A DNA stretch of 64,000 nucleotides, from the NCBI GenBank assembly GCA_951406725.2, contig OX597825.1:38502001-38566000 (forward strand). Reading direction: 5' to 3'. Shown here piece after piece: positions 1 to 14,131 of this stretch (position 1 is its first letter; each line of letters starts with the position of its first letter). Source of the stretch: Octopus vulgaris (lineage: Eukaryota). A program made the position numbers and the translations under genes. The notes below the pieces were generated by a model. It searched no databases. It saw only the letters and a list, made by a program, of their open reading frames with translations, and was not told the origin of the DNA.

Positions 1-285
1 GTCTCTTCAGGCTATCTTAAAATGCTAGGGTTTCGATTTCGGGAGATTTAGTACGTAGTACATAGGGTGATGCTAATACGTACATCGACATATACATGAA
101 TACATAAATACATACATACATATATACATGCATACTTACTTACATACATACATACGTACATATATACATGCATACTTACTTACATACATGCATACATACA
201 TACATATATACATGCATATTTACTTACATACATGCATACATACATACATAATACATACATATATACATACTGCATAGATACATAC

Positions 286-469
286 CGCATAGATACATGC
301 ATGATGGCTGCAGACTTGAGTTCGAGTATTGCCATCGCCAGACCGTAAATCCCACACATGTGAAATTCTACGACCAGCCATTTTTGTGATCTTTTTCAAG
401 TGATGCCTGTGCATGATAATTTTTCATAGTCAGGAAGGATTTGCGCTAATCCAGTTCCACTCTCTGAAC
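286..469 (-). other. Candidate exon of an unidentified host gene (possibly 5' UTR plus start codon)
   Basis: Non-repetitive, GC-richer island. Minus-strand acceptor ttcttccttttgagtttatgttgtgcag|G at 470/469; best donor GCG|GTATGT at 286/285. All three frames from the acceptor hit a stop; internal ATGs give MAGRRISHVWDLRSGDG... or MCGIYGLAMAILELKSAAIMHVSM. No protein recognised. Confidence 0.3.
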
Positions 470-619
470 CTGCACAACATAAACTCAAAAGGAAGAACTA
501 GTCTACATCATCGAATATTCTCAGTATCGCAAGTTTTCTATTAGAGTTTCCCTCTCCTAGAGAGATATTGCGACAGCAGAGAGTCCTCTCACTCCCAGTG
601 GGCCAAGGTACATACAAAA

Positions 620-650
<31 letters not shown>

Positions 651-1393
651 CAGCGAGGAAGCTAGAGACAGAGAAAAAAGAGAGAGATAGTATGAGGCAC
701 AGAGAGAACTATTATATGTAATGAATATTTCTTTTGTTGTATTTCTCATGGATTAGATTTCTTCTAAGAATGCAATTTTGTTAGCGTGCTGGATTAAACA
801 CTTTATAATATCCAGTTTCATCTGACTTCACATGGAGTTCGCTCTGACGTCTGAATAAATATGATTTAGAAATAATTATCGTTACTATACAGTTGGCAAT
901 TTACCCAGCTATACTTTGGCATGGAAACTCAATTGGCAAGTTGCCTTGAAAAATTTCAAGTGTCACATCTATATGAAAATGTCCGTGAACCAAGCGCGGT
1001 AGCCGTTTTAAATTTCTTAGGTGAAGTTTTGATTATTCATTAACACCATTAAGATATCTGAGAAAACCATGACAGTCTTAGAATGTGGAGTTTTGGATAT
1101 CAGTAGAAATTATGCTCATCATTTAGTTTATAATCGAGTCTATTGTTACTTGCAAATTTGTATATCTTAGGCAACTTGATTATTAAAAGTATTTATTGTA
1201 CTAAACCAGGATTAGACTCTTTACAAACTACACAGTAGTTCACGCTACAAGTAGGCTTTGATAATATAAATTGCTATCGAATTATTTCATTCAACCTATA
1301 GCATCTTCTATAATTAGAATTATCTATGTAGAATTATACCTAAAACTTTATTCATCGTCAAACACACACACACACATACATACACACATACTT

Positions 1394-1490
<97 letters not shown>

Positions 1491-2314
1491 CATGTATTGC
1501 ATTTCATGATGTTTGTAACACGGATATATCAACCAATTATCCGTTTTCACTTTATTTACAGCATTTACTCCAATATTTGTTGACATTTTCACAATTTTCA
1601 CATTTACGAACAAAAACAGTCACTCTGCATTATTTAACTATGCTTTTACACATTTTTTAGTGTTAAGTATCTCATAATATTTTAAAAGCCATGAAACACT
1701 TTAAAATTGTGTTTTTATTATGCCTACAAATGTTCTACATCATGGTTTACGAAAGCAACACTTTTCAAAAATTTGAACACCTAATAATTCCCAGTGGAGC
1801 AACTTTTAATGTAAATGAATTTGTTCGCTGATTCTAGCAAGTAGCGTGATGGCTTTGAGATTGCCTCATTTGTGGTACTAATGAGTGACTACCAATATAC
1901 TGTACAAATACAGCGCATTACTTATTGTGCTAGGATATTATTTTACTTCTCATAATGCAATACATTTACTCATGGTATCTATAAGTTCTTAACGTGTCTG
2001 TCCCTGACAATGCAGCGAACTGACAGAATCCATTGAACGTCCGATAAAATGATCATTGCTATTCGTAGTGGCCTAGTTCAAAACCAAATACTGATATCAA
2101 ATTTTAATTTCATCGTTTCGGAATCGATGCAATAATGTGTGGTGGTTGATCATTTAGAAGACACCCTCTCCTGAACACTAATCTCCCTTTACTTAAATCA
2201 CATAAAATTATACTAAACTGCTATGATAGGCACTTGTGGCATTCCATGTCATTTCTCTTTTCTGGCAAAAGTCAAGAGACACCCACTGCATTTCCGTTTC
2301 CTCTGAGAATGAAA

Positions 2315-2354
<40 letters not shown>

Positions 2355-5300
2355 CTATTTTTAGATGTATTAATAATTTCGAATATATCAATATGTTTTT
2401 ACCATACTCCTAGAAGTTTTTCTACGATGGTTAACAAATCATACACAATGGAATGTGTATGAGCTCTATTCGTATATAACAATTCCTTTCTTACCAAAGC
2501 TACAATAATGAGTAAACTAAGAGAAATAATAATATATAAATACATATCTGTATGTTTTTTTTAGCTTCAAACCTTTTCTTTGATTGTCTGTTTATATTTT
2601 TTCCCGTCACCCCAGTCTCTAAATTGAGTGATCGTTTTAAATCCTGTCAATTGGTGGTATGATATTCATCTCTATGTATATTTCTTGATGGATATTCGAT
2701 TTTATGGACTCACATTTTTCATGGACATTTGCAGCATGTACTAATCCAGGATAATTAACCCCACTCATGTATAACGTATAATATACAAGCAAGATCTCAA
2801 CAACTTTAAACTTAAAAGTATGTAGGAATATATTTTCCTTCTGGAGATAAGCGGAAAAAAATATAATGGACGCCACTGACATATATTTACATTTTCACTA
2901 AAGAGAATTTGTGAAAAATCTGTTTTTAATAAGTATTACATAAGGATATAGCTGCATAAAACTATTTGATATACCACGGCTAACGGAACACTATTGCACT
3001 GGGAATTTGTTATATCATTCTATATTGTTGAAATACGTCATAATATCATAATGCAATAATATTCATAATTACACAAAGTACTTCAAATGTTATGATGGTT
3101 TCAAAGGGATCACGATTCATAAATATTAGTTAATGAATATAAACCTGAGGGTAAACCATAACAACACATGATACGGATCTCTTGGTTAAATATCCCGCTT
3201 GATTTAGTATATATTATTAGTGGAGAGAATCTAAAAACTACACAGTTCTCCTTCATGCCCTCACTATTATATGATAGAAAGCCGTGCTAGTACCACAAGG
3301 AAACAACTAATAGTAGTAAGCATAAATCTTCTGGAATTCACTAGACACTTGCTCTGTCAGAAATACTGAGAAACACCAAAACGCTGTTAGATGATATTAG
3401 TACAGTTGGTAGAAAAAATCAATAGTGTGTCGGAACAATGCAGTAGTAATCGTTATAGCTATGTAGAAGTGAAATTTATAACCACTAGCCAATAAATTCA
3501 GACCATCGAGTAAGTACTCATATATTCTAGTGATTATAGCAGATCACAATTTTGTATAACTAGATGAATCTTTTTTTTTAAGTTACAGCAGAACTCTATA
3601 TATAATTCTGGAATCAAAAGTGCAAATTAAATACTGTCTTATAAATTGTATGGGATGCCTGATCTACGGTTATAGGGATATGGAATTTGAAAGATGAACT
3701 AACCACGATTTCTCAATCATCTATTCACATCGTAGGTTTCCTACTTTAAAATGGCACATAATGTTTATTGAGATTCACAAAGATAATGGCATTTTTCTTT
3801 CTCATTGATTCGACTTATTGGTGAATAGAAAAATGACAAAACTAAAAATATACCGAGAAATATACGAACGAAAAAATAAACAAGATATTCATTAAAATGT
3901 AGAGCACAATCGATTGACGGTAATGTGTAGAATAATCTCTGAATATTCCTTAATGTTATAAACTTTGGTCGATTAGAAACATGTTTTCTTATATGAAAGT
4001 ATTTCTTTCTCTAGAGATATATTGATGTTTTGCATACGTGTATTAAGAGATACAGCAACTTATGAAAGCAAATGCATATGCACGCCTCAATTAATGCACA
4101 CAAATACGCATCAGCAAGCCACAGACTAATACTTTCTTAAATATAGATGGAAGCACATTTTAGACAACCAATTGCACATTAAATGCAAACTTATACTATG
4201 TTAAGTTTTCTAATCCGTGTTTGACATATTCCTCTCTGGGTCCATGAAATATAAGTGACTATACCTCTTTCTGCCATTACGACTATGTGGTATATTATTA
4301 AGTTCTTTTACAAGCAATCCACATCGTGTTAGAAGATGCCAGGTCCCAAGTGTTTTGTAAGTCTTTTAATGTAAGGAATTTCAAAGTCTTTAGACGATTC
4401 CAGACAACACCTTTCTTATTATTTCCATCTGACACAAGTCAATCTACAGCGCTTGCATACAATTATACCCAGTTGCTTCTATAATCTTAATTTTCTGGCT
4501 GATCCGTCTTTTAACTGGTGTCATTCAAAAACCATCTATGCAATTATATTGTGAACAGGCATCTAATATCCTCGGTCGTTACTTTCTAAACTTAAATCTT
4601 GTATTATGCCAATGAGGGCTTTAAGTTATGTGATTTTTCAGACACATTTTCTTTTATTTGTTGACGAAATAAAGGACTTCCTCTTATTTGGATTTATATG
4701 TTACTGATTCCTTTCAATCAAATACTATCGATTTTCTCTAAATTACACAAGAAATATAATGCATACTAAATCTCTTCAGATCGTGGTATCTTACTCTTGA
4801 CACACCCTGTTGTGTAGAAATGAGAGCCAATAAAATCATAGATAATGGCATGTTACAATTTCTTACTCCACATCAAATCGTGAAACATCGGGAAAATATC
4901 AAACGTTAAATATACCGAACAGACCCAACCCAACGATGAAGAAAATCAGACAATCAAGGCAAAAAAAAAAACATAGCAAATATAGAAAACGACATATAAA
5001 GATTGTAAGAAAGGCAGAAGCAAAGCAGGATTTGCAATCAGAATAAACTCTAGAATTTCGAAACATACTAAATTTCATACGGGAGGAATAAAAATAATAT
5101 GAAACAGAAACAACTGTTTCCTAATTTATTTCAAAGTTTAAGTGTATCCCAAGAGGGTATTATTGATTTAGTAAAATGTAAAGAAAATAAAGAACACTAA
5201 TATCAGCGAACATCCCATGCAATAAGAATCAACTAGAGGGAGAGTATGCCTCCATTAGATAAAAAAATCACAGCAATCACCTAAATCGGGCTTGATCACA

Positions 5301-5903
5301 GCGTGCAGCCCTGCGAACTTCAAATATTGGCGTTTTTCCTTTCAATTTGAAAGGCAGCAACTATGAATGTATACAAAAATGCGTATACGCATACGTACAT
5401 ACATACATACATGCATGTGTGTGTATGTGTGTGTGTGTGTGTGTGTATGTGTGTGTGTGTGTAACGCTCTGAGTTGTTCATTGATAAGAAATGTTTTATT
5501 TCCATTTTATAAATTTTGCAACTCAAACTAAATTAACAGAAGAGTAATGGGAAAGGAATATACTGGTAACTTTAAAATCATTTTGAATGAGAACAATATG
5601 AATAAAGAATAATACCATAATTGATTTAATCATGTTTATCAATTCGCAAAGTCTGAGGCTCATGCTGATGAGTTAAAATGGCACCCTTTGTTTGAATCTG
5701 ATGACCGAAGCGTATCGGAAGTACTGACATTGTTGGGATTGACCAAATATTATTATCCATATACGATGTTTCAAATACTTTATATGTGTGCTTGTGTGTG
5801 TGTGCGTGTGCGCACGCGCGTGTGTATATATTCTTTCATTCTTTTGAGGCTGTGGACATGCTGGGGCACACACACAATATATATATATATATGTATGTAT
5901 ATA

Positions 5904-5969
<66 letters not shown>

Positions 5970-7339
5970 AAAAGATTTCCCTATGAAAGTTGTCGCAATT
6001 TGAGGTACAACTGTTTTCGCCAGCGACTTATAGAATCCCAATACCAATTGGTTTTTCACAGATGAAACCATACTATAATCAGGTAACGACGCGTGTATTG
6101 AGCCTTATGATCCAAATAGGATATAAATCATCGTATATTTTGTAGTAAAACTTGACAGTGCACTCATGTTTATGTTATGGTAATAATTATTCTGTATTGT
6201 AAGAGATGTCTCTATGTAGTGATAAGTATGTAAATTAGGGTTCAAACTGCTTATCTGATGAGAAACATTAATCATATTATAGAAAATAATATCACACCGG
6301 GTGAGTTGCGGTGTTTAATCAGCTTGTTTCTTCAATATCGTCATACTATTATAGAATATTTATTCAAGATTCTAGACACATGCCTCTAAATTATGTATAC
6401 ATCTAGGAATTGCTCCCTTATTTCTTGAAAGGATCATGCATATTAATTAAGGAGACATACGAAATATTAGGACATTAAAGAAAACCCATGGCAAATGCAA
6501 TGCGGCTGCTGTTCAGATGTTTCTATATCTGTAAAACTGCCAAAAGTGCCACTTCTGGTTTCAGCCCTGCAACAGATTGGCTTAGAAAAATTATATCCTA
6601 ACAGCTTCATAACCTTGATTGTCTGCCGTGCAACATGTAAAATATTCATTTATGAGAGTTGTTTGTTATAGCGATTGCATTCATTAAACTACATTCAGTA
6701 CACTGTTTGAAACACTTGAACGAAATTTTAAGACGTAACATTCATTGTAGTGTTTCTTACATTCACTATATAAACGAATATTTGATACTATAAATAATTT
6801 GCAATGCTTATTTGTGTGTGTGTGTGATTGTGAACGGGTATTTATGTATGTAAAGTCAAGTACCAAAACAACTAGTGTTCAATTACGGCAAATTCGCTGC
6901 ATAACAGTTCTCCATACACCAAATATATATGAAGAATGGACGTGTTTGGGATAAGCAGTTGCTTTGAGAATTTGTATGAGTACATCCTTTATGTATGTAT
7001 GCCATTGTTCAGTTTTATTCCAAGATTAATTGCCAATAGAGAGAGTCGGTTTCTAACTTATATTATTGAAATTTCGACATCAACAACACAGTAGTGTTGT
7101 TTCCATGTACGTATATATGCGTGTATGTATGTACGTATTTATGTATGTGTGTAGGTGTGTGTGCGTGTATGTATGTGTGTATGTATGTAAATTTACAGAT
7201 ACTTACAGTTCCAGTGATGGCTTGGATCTGTAGACTTCGAATTAGCTTGTATACATGTATGTGTCTATTTGTATGTTTTGCTTTATGTATGTATTCTCAT
7301 GCATATAGTTGCATATCTAGACAAGCTTATATATATGTA

Positions 7340-7896
7340 AATGATAAACTTCCGGAAAGTTTTACAGATATTTACAGTTCCAGTGATAGCTGGGATCTGT
7401 AGACTTCGAATTAACTTAATTCCTTCTGGTTTTGAGAAGCCTAATTTCTCAAGACTGGTAATTAGACAGCATGTTACAAATCCCGGTGTCCCAATATTAA
7501 TAGGTATAACCCTGAACTTGTAATCTAGATAGAGTAACTGCAAATTCCTCAACAATTCAGCGCATTTTCTTTTTCACTGATCTTCAGCTTTAACATACGC
7601 TGGGCAGCTAATTTCCACAATTATTCAGTTTCTCACCTCGATCCCAAATCATTAAATCAAGTCTGTTGTGCTTACACTTTATCGAGGTATTCACTGGGAC
7701 ATTCTACAAGTACACATTTTGGATCGATGCTAAGCCTCTGCCGCCTTGTTTTCATTTTAGTTAGAGGCGTTCTACGTCACACTTTATGCGGAAATTATGT
7801 GTGCTTGTTAGCATTTTTCAGGTTTTCATTTCAATGGTTCGTATCTCATCAAGCGTCCAATCAAGCAACCTAAATGTTGGTATGAGAACTGGCACT
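7340..7896 (-). mobile_element. Decayed, internally deleted R4/Dong-like RLE non-LTR retrotransposon fragment
   Basis: Minus strand reads VPVLIPTFRLLDWTLDEIRTIEMKT*KMLTSTHNFRIKCDVERL*LK*KQGGRGL (post-RT thumb motif 'DVERLY..RK.GGRGL'), then the C-terminal ...FRVIPINIGTPGFVT...LQIPAITGTVNICKTF of the REL endonuclease. A 58-bp piece is duplicated at 7191-7248. Confidence 0.75.
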
Positions 7897-9465
7897 TATT
7901 GCTGCCCTTATTTATGTATGCCAGCTTTCTTGTGAAGGCGATTTTAACGTTACCTTTGCAGTAAGCTTAGCAACAGATCTGTCTAATTGTGTTGTTATTA
8001 AGGAGATGTCATCTTTTTTTATTACTTACGCATGCCGACACTGTGTTAGTAGAGAATTTTACATCCTTATGCTATAATGTCCAATATCGTATGTAGGATG
8101 AAGGATGGCTGCTCCGCAGATTCTCATCTGCGATATAATTTTCCTGGAATGTATTTTGATATTTGAATACTCGTTATTTTAACATGTCTGTTGTAGCTAG
8201 GAAAATATTGTGGGCTACGCTTTTATAGACATTTATCCTATTCGGTCTCATAATCGGTGTGTTATAACATTATCGTTCTGGACATGTGAATATATGCTCA
8301 TGTGGGTCATTATAAACATTTCTGCATCTAAATATGCATTAGACTAGAATTAAAATAATAAAAATTATTCTAAGCTACGTTAGTCCTCGATCTTCCACGC
8401 ACGCGCATACACAGACACACACACACACAAACACATGTATGAGTGCTTGCATATATATGCGAGTAAATGTATGCGTGTGTGTGCGCCTGAGTATTGTGTG
8501 CATGTGTGTATCCATGTGTGAATGTGTGTATAAATCTAAGTATGTGCTCCAATTGAAAATATTTGTTTCAATTTATGTTAGATTTTGAGAATTTTAAATT
8601 AATTCTATAATTCATTTTTGGCGTAAAGGTGAAATTTTATTTTTTACGTATTTCATGCGAATAGTTTGGGGGGAAAGCAGGAAAGGCGGAGAAATGTCCT
8701 GAGGTATTGCTTTGTTTATATTTCATGATTTAGTTTGTTGAAGATATGAAACCAATAACGACACAACTTAATTATCATTCACCAAAGCTCTATTTGCCTA
8801 ACAAACTTTTATGTAACGTAAACTATTTAAAACCAAGACGAACTAAAATGTGACAGAGACCGTTAGGGAAGATGGTCGAAACTTCTTAGTCTGTCAATAT
8901 TAATCTTGTTAAAAGTGATAAGTTTGTAACTACAGAACAAAATTATTGAGTAACTCTTATGTTGGATGCAAAATTGTTTGTATTATAACTCAACACACAA
9001 TTAATATACACAGGAGAAAAAACACAACGGATAAAAACCAGAATACCCTGAGAAGAAACTCTCACCACTCACGAAGAGCACATATATTACGAAAGACGGA
9101 ATTTCTCATTAGAGATGTAAGGAACTACTGAACTGAACAAAATTAAATATGCAGAGAAAATGCCAAATAAAAATATTATACAATATATACGAGGAATATT
9201 CACATTATTTACGGATATCGAGGCAAATGCAATTGCAGTCAGAAAAGCTTGGAATGGACAGAATAATAACAGAACATAAAATAGACCTATATTTTATTAT
9301 AGGTAACGATTTGCAAGATGTGATCCTTTACCTTTGTTGTACCTCTCAATGCAGGAGAGTGTATAGCATGTAGATATTCACAGGAACGTTTCGAGAGGTG
9401 TGTAAGCTTAATTTTTATATAATTATATTCTCCTAATTATATGCATTAAAACTGTGCATATAATA

Positions 9466-9627
9466 GGTGCAGTAGTGGCTTTGTTGTAAGTAGCTTGCTT
9501 TCCAACTATATGATTCCGGGTTTAATACCACTGCGTTGCACCTTGGGCAAGTGTCTTCTACTATAGCTTCTGGCCGACCAAAGCCTTGTAAGTGGATTTG
9601 GCAGACGGAAACTGAAAGAAGCCCGTC

Positions 9628-9695
<68 letters not shown>

Positions 9696-10515
9696 AATGT
9701 TTTTATATATAATGAACGTGAAACACAGGAAGGGACGAACACGGAACACAGACAAATCATTCGAAGCCTTCAATCTTCAGTCAGACACCGAACCATCATA
9801 GCAAATTTCGGCTGTTCAATTCTGATATTTGCTCCAACTCGGCCAGCCCCAAGAAAAAAAAACTAAGCTGTAAGCATTAGATTTCTTGGTAGAAGACAGG
9901 AATGTGAACGCACAAGACGGATGTAAACACAAGAGACGAAAACGAAATTGAGAACGGTAATGAACAAACAAAACATATATAACGGTGGTTGTCATACGAC
10001 TTTAGACCAAATGAGACAGAAACAACAACAACATAGCTGGCGTAGAAATAATTACCGTTTCGGTAGCGGGGACACATGTTGGTCGAGATACGAAGGCCAA
10101 CAGAATGGTTTAAGAAGCAGCAGGTCGCAGGAGAGAGAGAGAAAGAGAGACAGAGAGAGAGGGAATCAAAGAGGGTGGAAGGCAGGGGACAGAATCAGTG
10201 ACCAAGAGAAAAGGAGAAAGAAGGGATTAAGGAGGATGGGAGGAAGAGGGGAGGGGGAGGGGAGGAAGAGAGGGAAGAATCGGAGGGCGCCAAAAAGTTT
10301 GGTGAAGAAGCAATGGCGGGCAGGAAAGACAGTGTATGTGTGTATATGTTTGTATGTCTGTGTTTGTCCCCTAACATTACTCGACAACCGATGCTGGTGT
10401 GTTTACATCCCCGTAAATTAGCGGCTCGGCAAAAGCGAACGACAGAATAAGACTTAGAAAGAATAAGAATAAGAATTTGACTGCATGTCCGCAGTCAAAT
10501 GATTGAAACATGTAT
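9466..10515 (+). mobile_element. tRNA-derived SINE split at its internal microsatellite by a later insertion
   Basis: 9466-9628 has a tRNA-like head (A/B-box-like gtggctttgttgtaag, gggtttaatacc) and body ...ccttgggcaagtgtcttctactatagc...gaaagaagcccgtcg, then (TA)n. The 3' half resumes at about 10331. Same order as the uninterrupted copy at 25315-25686. Confidence 0.75.
9691..10330 (-). mobile_element. Non-coding insertion, probably a Penelope-like 3'/pseudo-LTR remnant, nested in the SINE
   Basis: Interrupts the SINE exactly at its (TA)n tract. The minus strand has a long pyrimidine-rich tract, then a structured segment ending on (TA)n, the same layout as the PLE 3' regions at 21800-22395 and 42052-42265. 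Confidence 0.4.
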
Positions 10516-11206
10516 AAAAAGAGTATATTATAAACTTTAATATTTGAATTACCTTTGTCTTTTACATAACACATTTTAGTTGCGTTGTTGGGTTCGGTGA
10601 TGGTAGGGACAGCACGTAGGTGACAATGAAAGATATATGGATTACAGTGAGTATCGTGGGCATCTAAATCTTTAGAACTCAAATACACAATGTCTTCAAG
10701 AATTTGTATCAGATCTTTAAAGCAGAAATTGAACACCTGCTGCGTTAGAAACATTTGATGTCTTGTTTGTTTGAAAACGTACAAACGCAGAATCGTTAGA
10801 GAATTAGACATAATGATTTATGGGGTCATTTGCATTCTGCATACAAATACTCCTAATGAAAGCTTCCATCCATTAGGGTCAAACATAAATTAATTCTAAA
10901 CTACTAATTGTAATGTTATCAATTGGAAATTCCTCTGAAATATCTGGTCTATTGTCTGCACAAGACTTTATTATTATAGTCTTTTCCCCAACATATCCTG
11001 GTCATACCAAACGCTGCACAATAATATTAGGGATTGGCAAAGTACGCTTCAGGTTGTACTAAAATATTTTTCTCCTGATGAAACAGCTTTTCTCCTTTAG
11101 GAAAAAATGCAGCATATTTGTTTCAAAGTGTTCATATATATATATATATATATATACATACATACATACATATATACTTATATGTGTGTATGTATGTGTG
11201 TATATA

Positions 11207-11254
<48 letters not shown>

Positions 11255-11310
11255 CATATATATCTGTGTGTATGTATGTGTCTATACATATATATATATA
11301 TATGTATATG

Positions 11311-11414
<104 letters not shown>

Positions 11415-12078
11415 CGTATACACGTACGCAAATGAAGTCTTTACTTGGAGCGTGCTCTTTGTCAGCATTTCTTTGTTTTCTCTCATATTGACAGGTTTTA
11501 TTTTAAGATACCTGCGCAATGTAAAAAAAATCTATAGCTTTTGCAATTCGTGAGTTGAAGGATTGTCAGGTATTTTTCGTGTTTACTCTCTCAAATATTT
11601 CTTCAATAGTAACAATATTCTTATTACTGTAACAAAGCACATTTGTATTCATGGACTGTGTTGTTGCTCTCTGTATATTTATGTAATTATGCATTGTTTT
11701 TCCTTTATTTTTACTTTAATTTATTTTTTAATCTTGTTATCCAACTACATTTGCTTTCGTTTGCTTTGAAGTCTGTATTTCCATCGGAAATATAGTACAT
11801 ATCAAAGATTGAGTATACATATAAGTTTACTTTTACTACTATATCTATTTGGTAGGTCAGCATTGACATCTATATCCGAGAATATCACATAAAGAACTAC
11901 ATTTTTTGTAAATCATCATCCTATATTTATATTATTGTTTCTGTTGCTTCTCTATGCAAACGCTAAGACTTCTATATACTCTGTCGGAAAATGTTTTTTA
12001 GGGCATATTGTCAAAACCTCGAGTGATTTTGTTCTTATCATTCAGTTTTGTATATTCAATAACTTACTATAACCTTTA

Positions 12079-14131
12079 TGTCATGGGGATAAAATAATAA
12101 TGCAGCACCCCCCACACATAACGAGTGATGTTTGCTAGTCGGTAAAAATATGTGACGTCAAGCTGTCGGTGGAGTCGTTCATAAATAGTCGTGCCTTGCC
12201 TGTCTAACTAACTATACTGCTATACTGGGGTCGACGTTATATCAATCCTACGATGGATTACAACAGCGACAACGAGGAATTAACAAACTGACAAGGAATT
12301 AAGAAACTCACGAAGAATTAATAAACGCACGAGTATTAATCAAACTCAAAAGATTCTTGAGCGAATGTTACGGTATAGTAAAATTGTAAAATTATGGAAG
12401 ATTTGATGGCCGGTTTACTCGAGTTGCAAAAATAGCAACAACAACAACAACAAAAACAACAACGAAAGAACAGTAACGACAACAAATACTATTACAACAA
12501 CAAATGCTGCAATTAATGAACAGTAAGTCGCCCAAAAATGCTGAAAAAATGTTCTCGCCAAATGTTCCTTCAAGCTCAGTAACAGAATTTATGTATGAAC
12601 CAGACGAAGCAGTTACATTCGAGGAATGCTATACTGGAGTTACCTTCTAGGGGTACTATAAAGCGTGCAAATATTGGGACGACGATATGAAATCGCTTCT
12701 AATAAAAAAAAACTGGAAGAAGGAGAACATGAACGTTTCAGCAATTACGTACCCCCCAAAAATCATTCATACAAATTTTTAAAATACGACATATTTTGAA
12801 AAACTTTTCGCGAGAAAAGCTCGTCGTTCAATACACGCTAGGAATGTTGGAGCCTAGAAAAGAACGAGGACTGCATCACATATGATGTTAAAGTTAACAG
12901 AGAAAATCAAAAGTTCAAACTGGACGAGCTAACACCAAATATGTTCAAGTGTCTGATATTTACTCAGGGACTAAATGTAGAAAAATACGTAGAAGGAAGA
13001 ACAAGAATTATCGCCAAACTGGAAGAAAACCAAGCTGTAACCTTACAGAAAGTGTCAGAGAGGGTAGAAGAATAATCAATTTAAGGCACGACGCAGAGAA
13101 AATTGAACATAAAAAGCAAGTGCGAAACAAGCAGAATAGAAATCAAGTGTGTACTGAATTGCAGTACAAACAGTACAAAAGTCAGGAACCAAACCCATGT
13201 GCTGGATGTGGAGGTCTACACATGAGAAAAAACTATCCATTTAAGGTAGTAGAATATTTCCGTTGTGGAAAAATTGGATGCATAACATCCCACTGTAAAA
13301 CCAAAATAGCAAAACATTGGAACAAAGTAAAAAGAGTGAATAAGATCTCGTCGGAAAACTGGAAAGAGGAAATTCGTAAATGTAAGAATTGAAAATATAA
13401 GAGTAAAAATGCAGTTAGATACCGAAAGTGATATGACCATTGTGAATGAAGAAAATTGGAAGTATATCGATGAGCCAAAATTAAGTAAATCTACGAAAGT
13501 AGCACACGGTCTTACGGGTAAAATATTGTATTTTATCGGTGAATTCGCGCGTGATTCAATTGAAACAGAAAAAAGTATATGTCTTAAAACATTTAGTTAA
13601 TCTATTCGCCAAAGAGTGGATTGAACTTTTAAATTGTGGAATACGACAATAAGTGTTTTGTGTCGGAATATAGTCGGTTCAGTTGAAAGTTCGAATGGCA
13701 CAGGGATTGAAACGAAAGATTAAAACATTCATTTTCACCTATTTTCTCAGATAACTAAGCTGTTGCACGAAAATGATGGCAAAATTTGTAGTAAAACAAA
13801 GTACAAGACCGGTATCTAAGCCAAAGGGTAATGTACTGTTCCCAGCAATACAACAGGTAAATAAAGAACTTGAAGGACTTGAAAGCCTAGGAATAAACGA
13901 GAAGACGGACCACGGTCTCCATAAAAAAGAAAAAAAAACTTACAAAGGAAAATGTTATGGGGATAATAATGAGGTACACCTAGCACGTGACTAGTGACAT
14001 ATGAAGTCGTTACAAATACTGTGACGTCGAGTGGTCAGTGGAGTCGGTCATAGATAAACGTGTCTTACCTCTCTAAGTGACTATACAGTTATGCCGACGT
14101 GGATGTTATAACAGTCCGACGTTGTATAATA
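12079..14131 (+). mobile_element. Internally deleted, decayed Ty3/gypsy LTR retrotransposon
   Basis: Two related ~180-bp LTRs (12079-12265 tgtcatgggg...caaca; 13953-14131 tgttatgggg...), purine tract aaaggaaaa before the 3' LTR, gag-like MEDLMAGLLELQK, Cys/His knuckles (CAGCGGLH; RCGKIGCITSHC), protease MQLDTESDMTIV (LDTG motif), pre-RT segment PVSKPKGNVLF...VNKELEGLESLGI. RT core, RNase H and integrase are missing; many stops and frameshifts. Confidence 0.85.

Noticed and set aside
2637-2882. 81-aa non-repetitive minus-strand ORF
   Set aside because: No recognisable motif or splice context; length compatible with chance.
6467-6649. 60-aa ORF with a possible acceptor (tgttgcag)
   Set aside because: No donor, no motif, no supporting neighbours.
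9750-9860. Possible hammerhead on the minus strand (ctgaaga...; ggctg...cagccgaaa)
   Set aside because: Core elements are not in a compatible order with pairable stems I and III.
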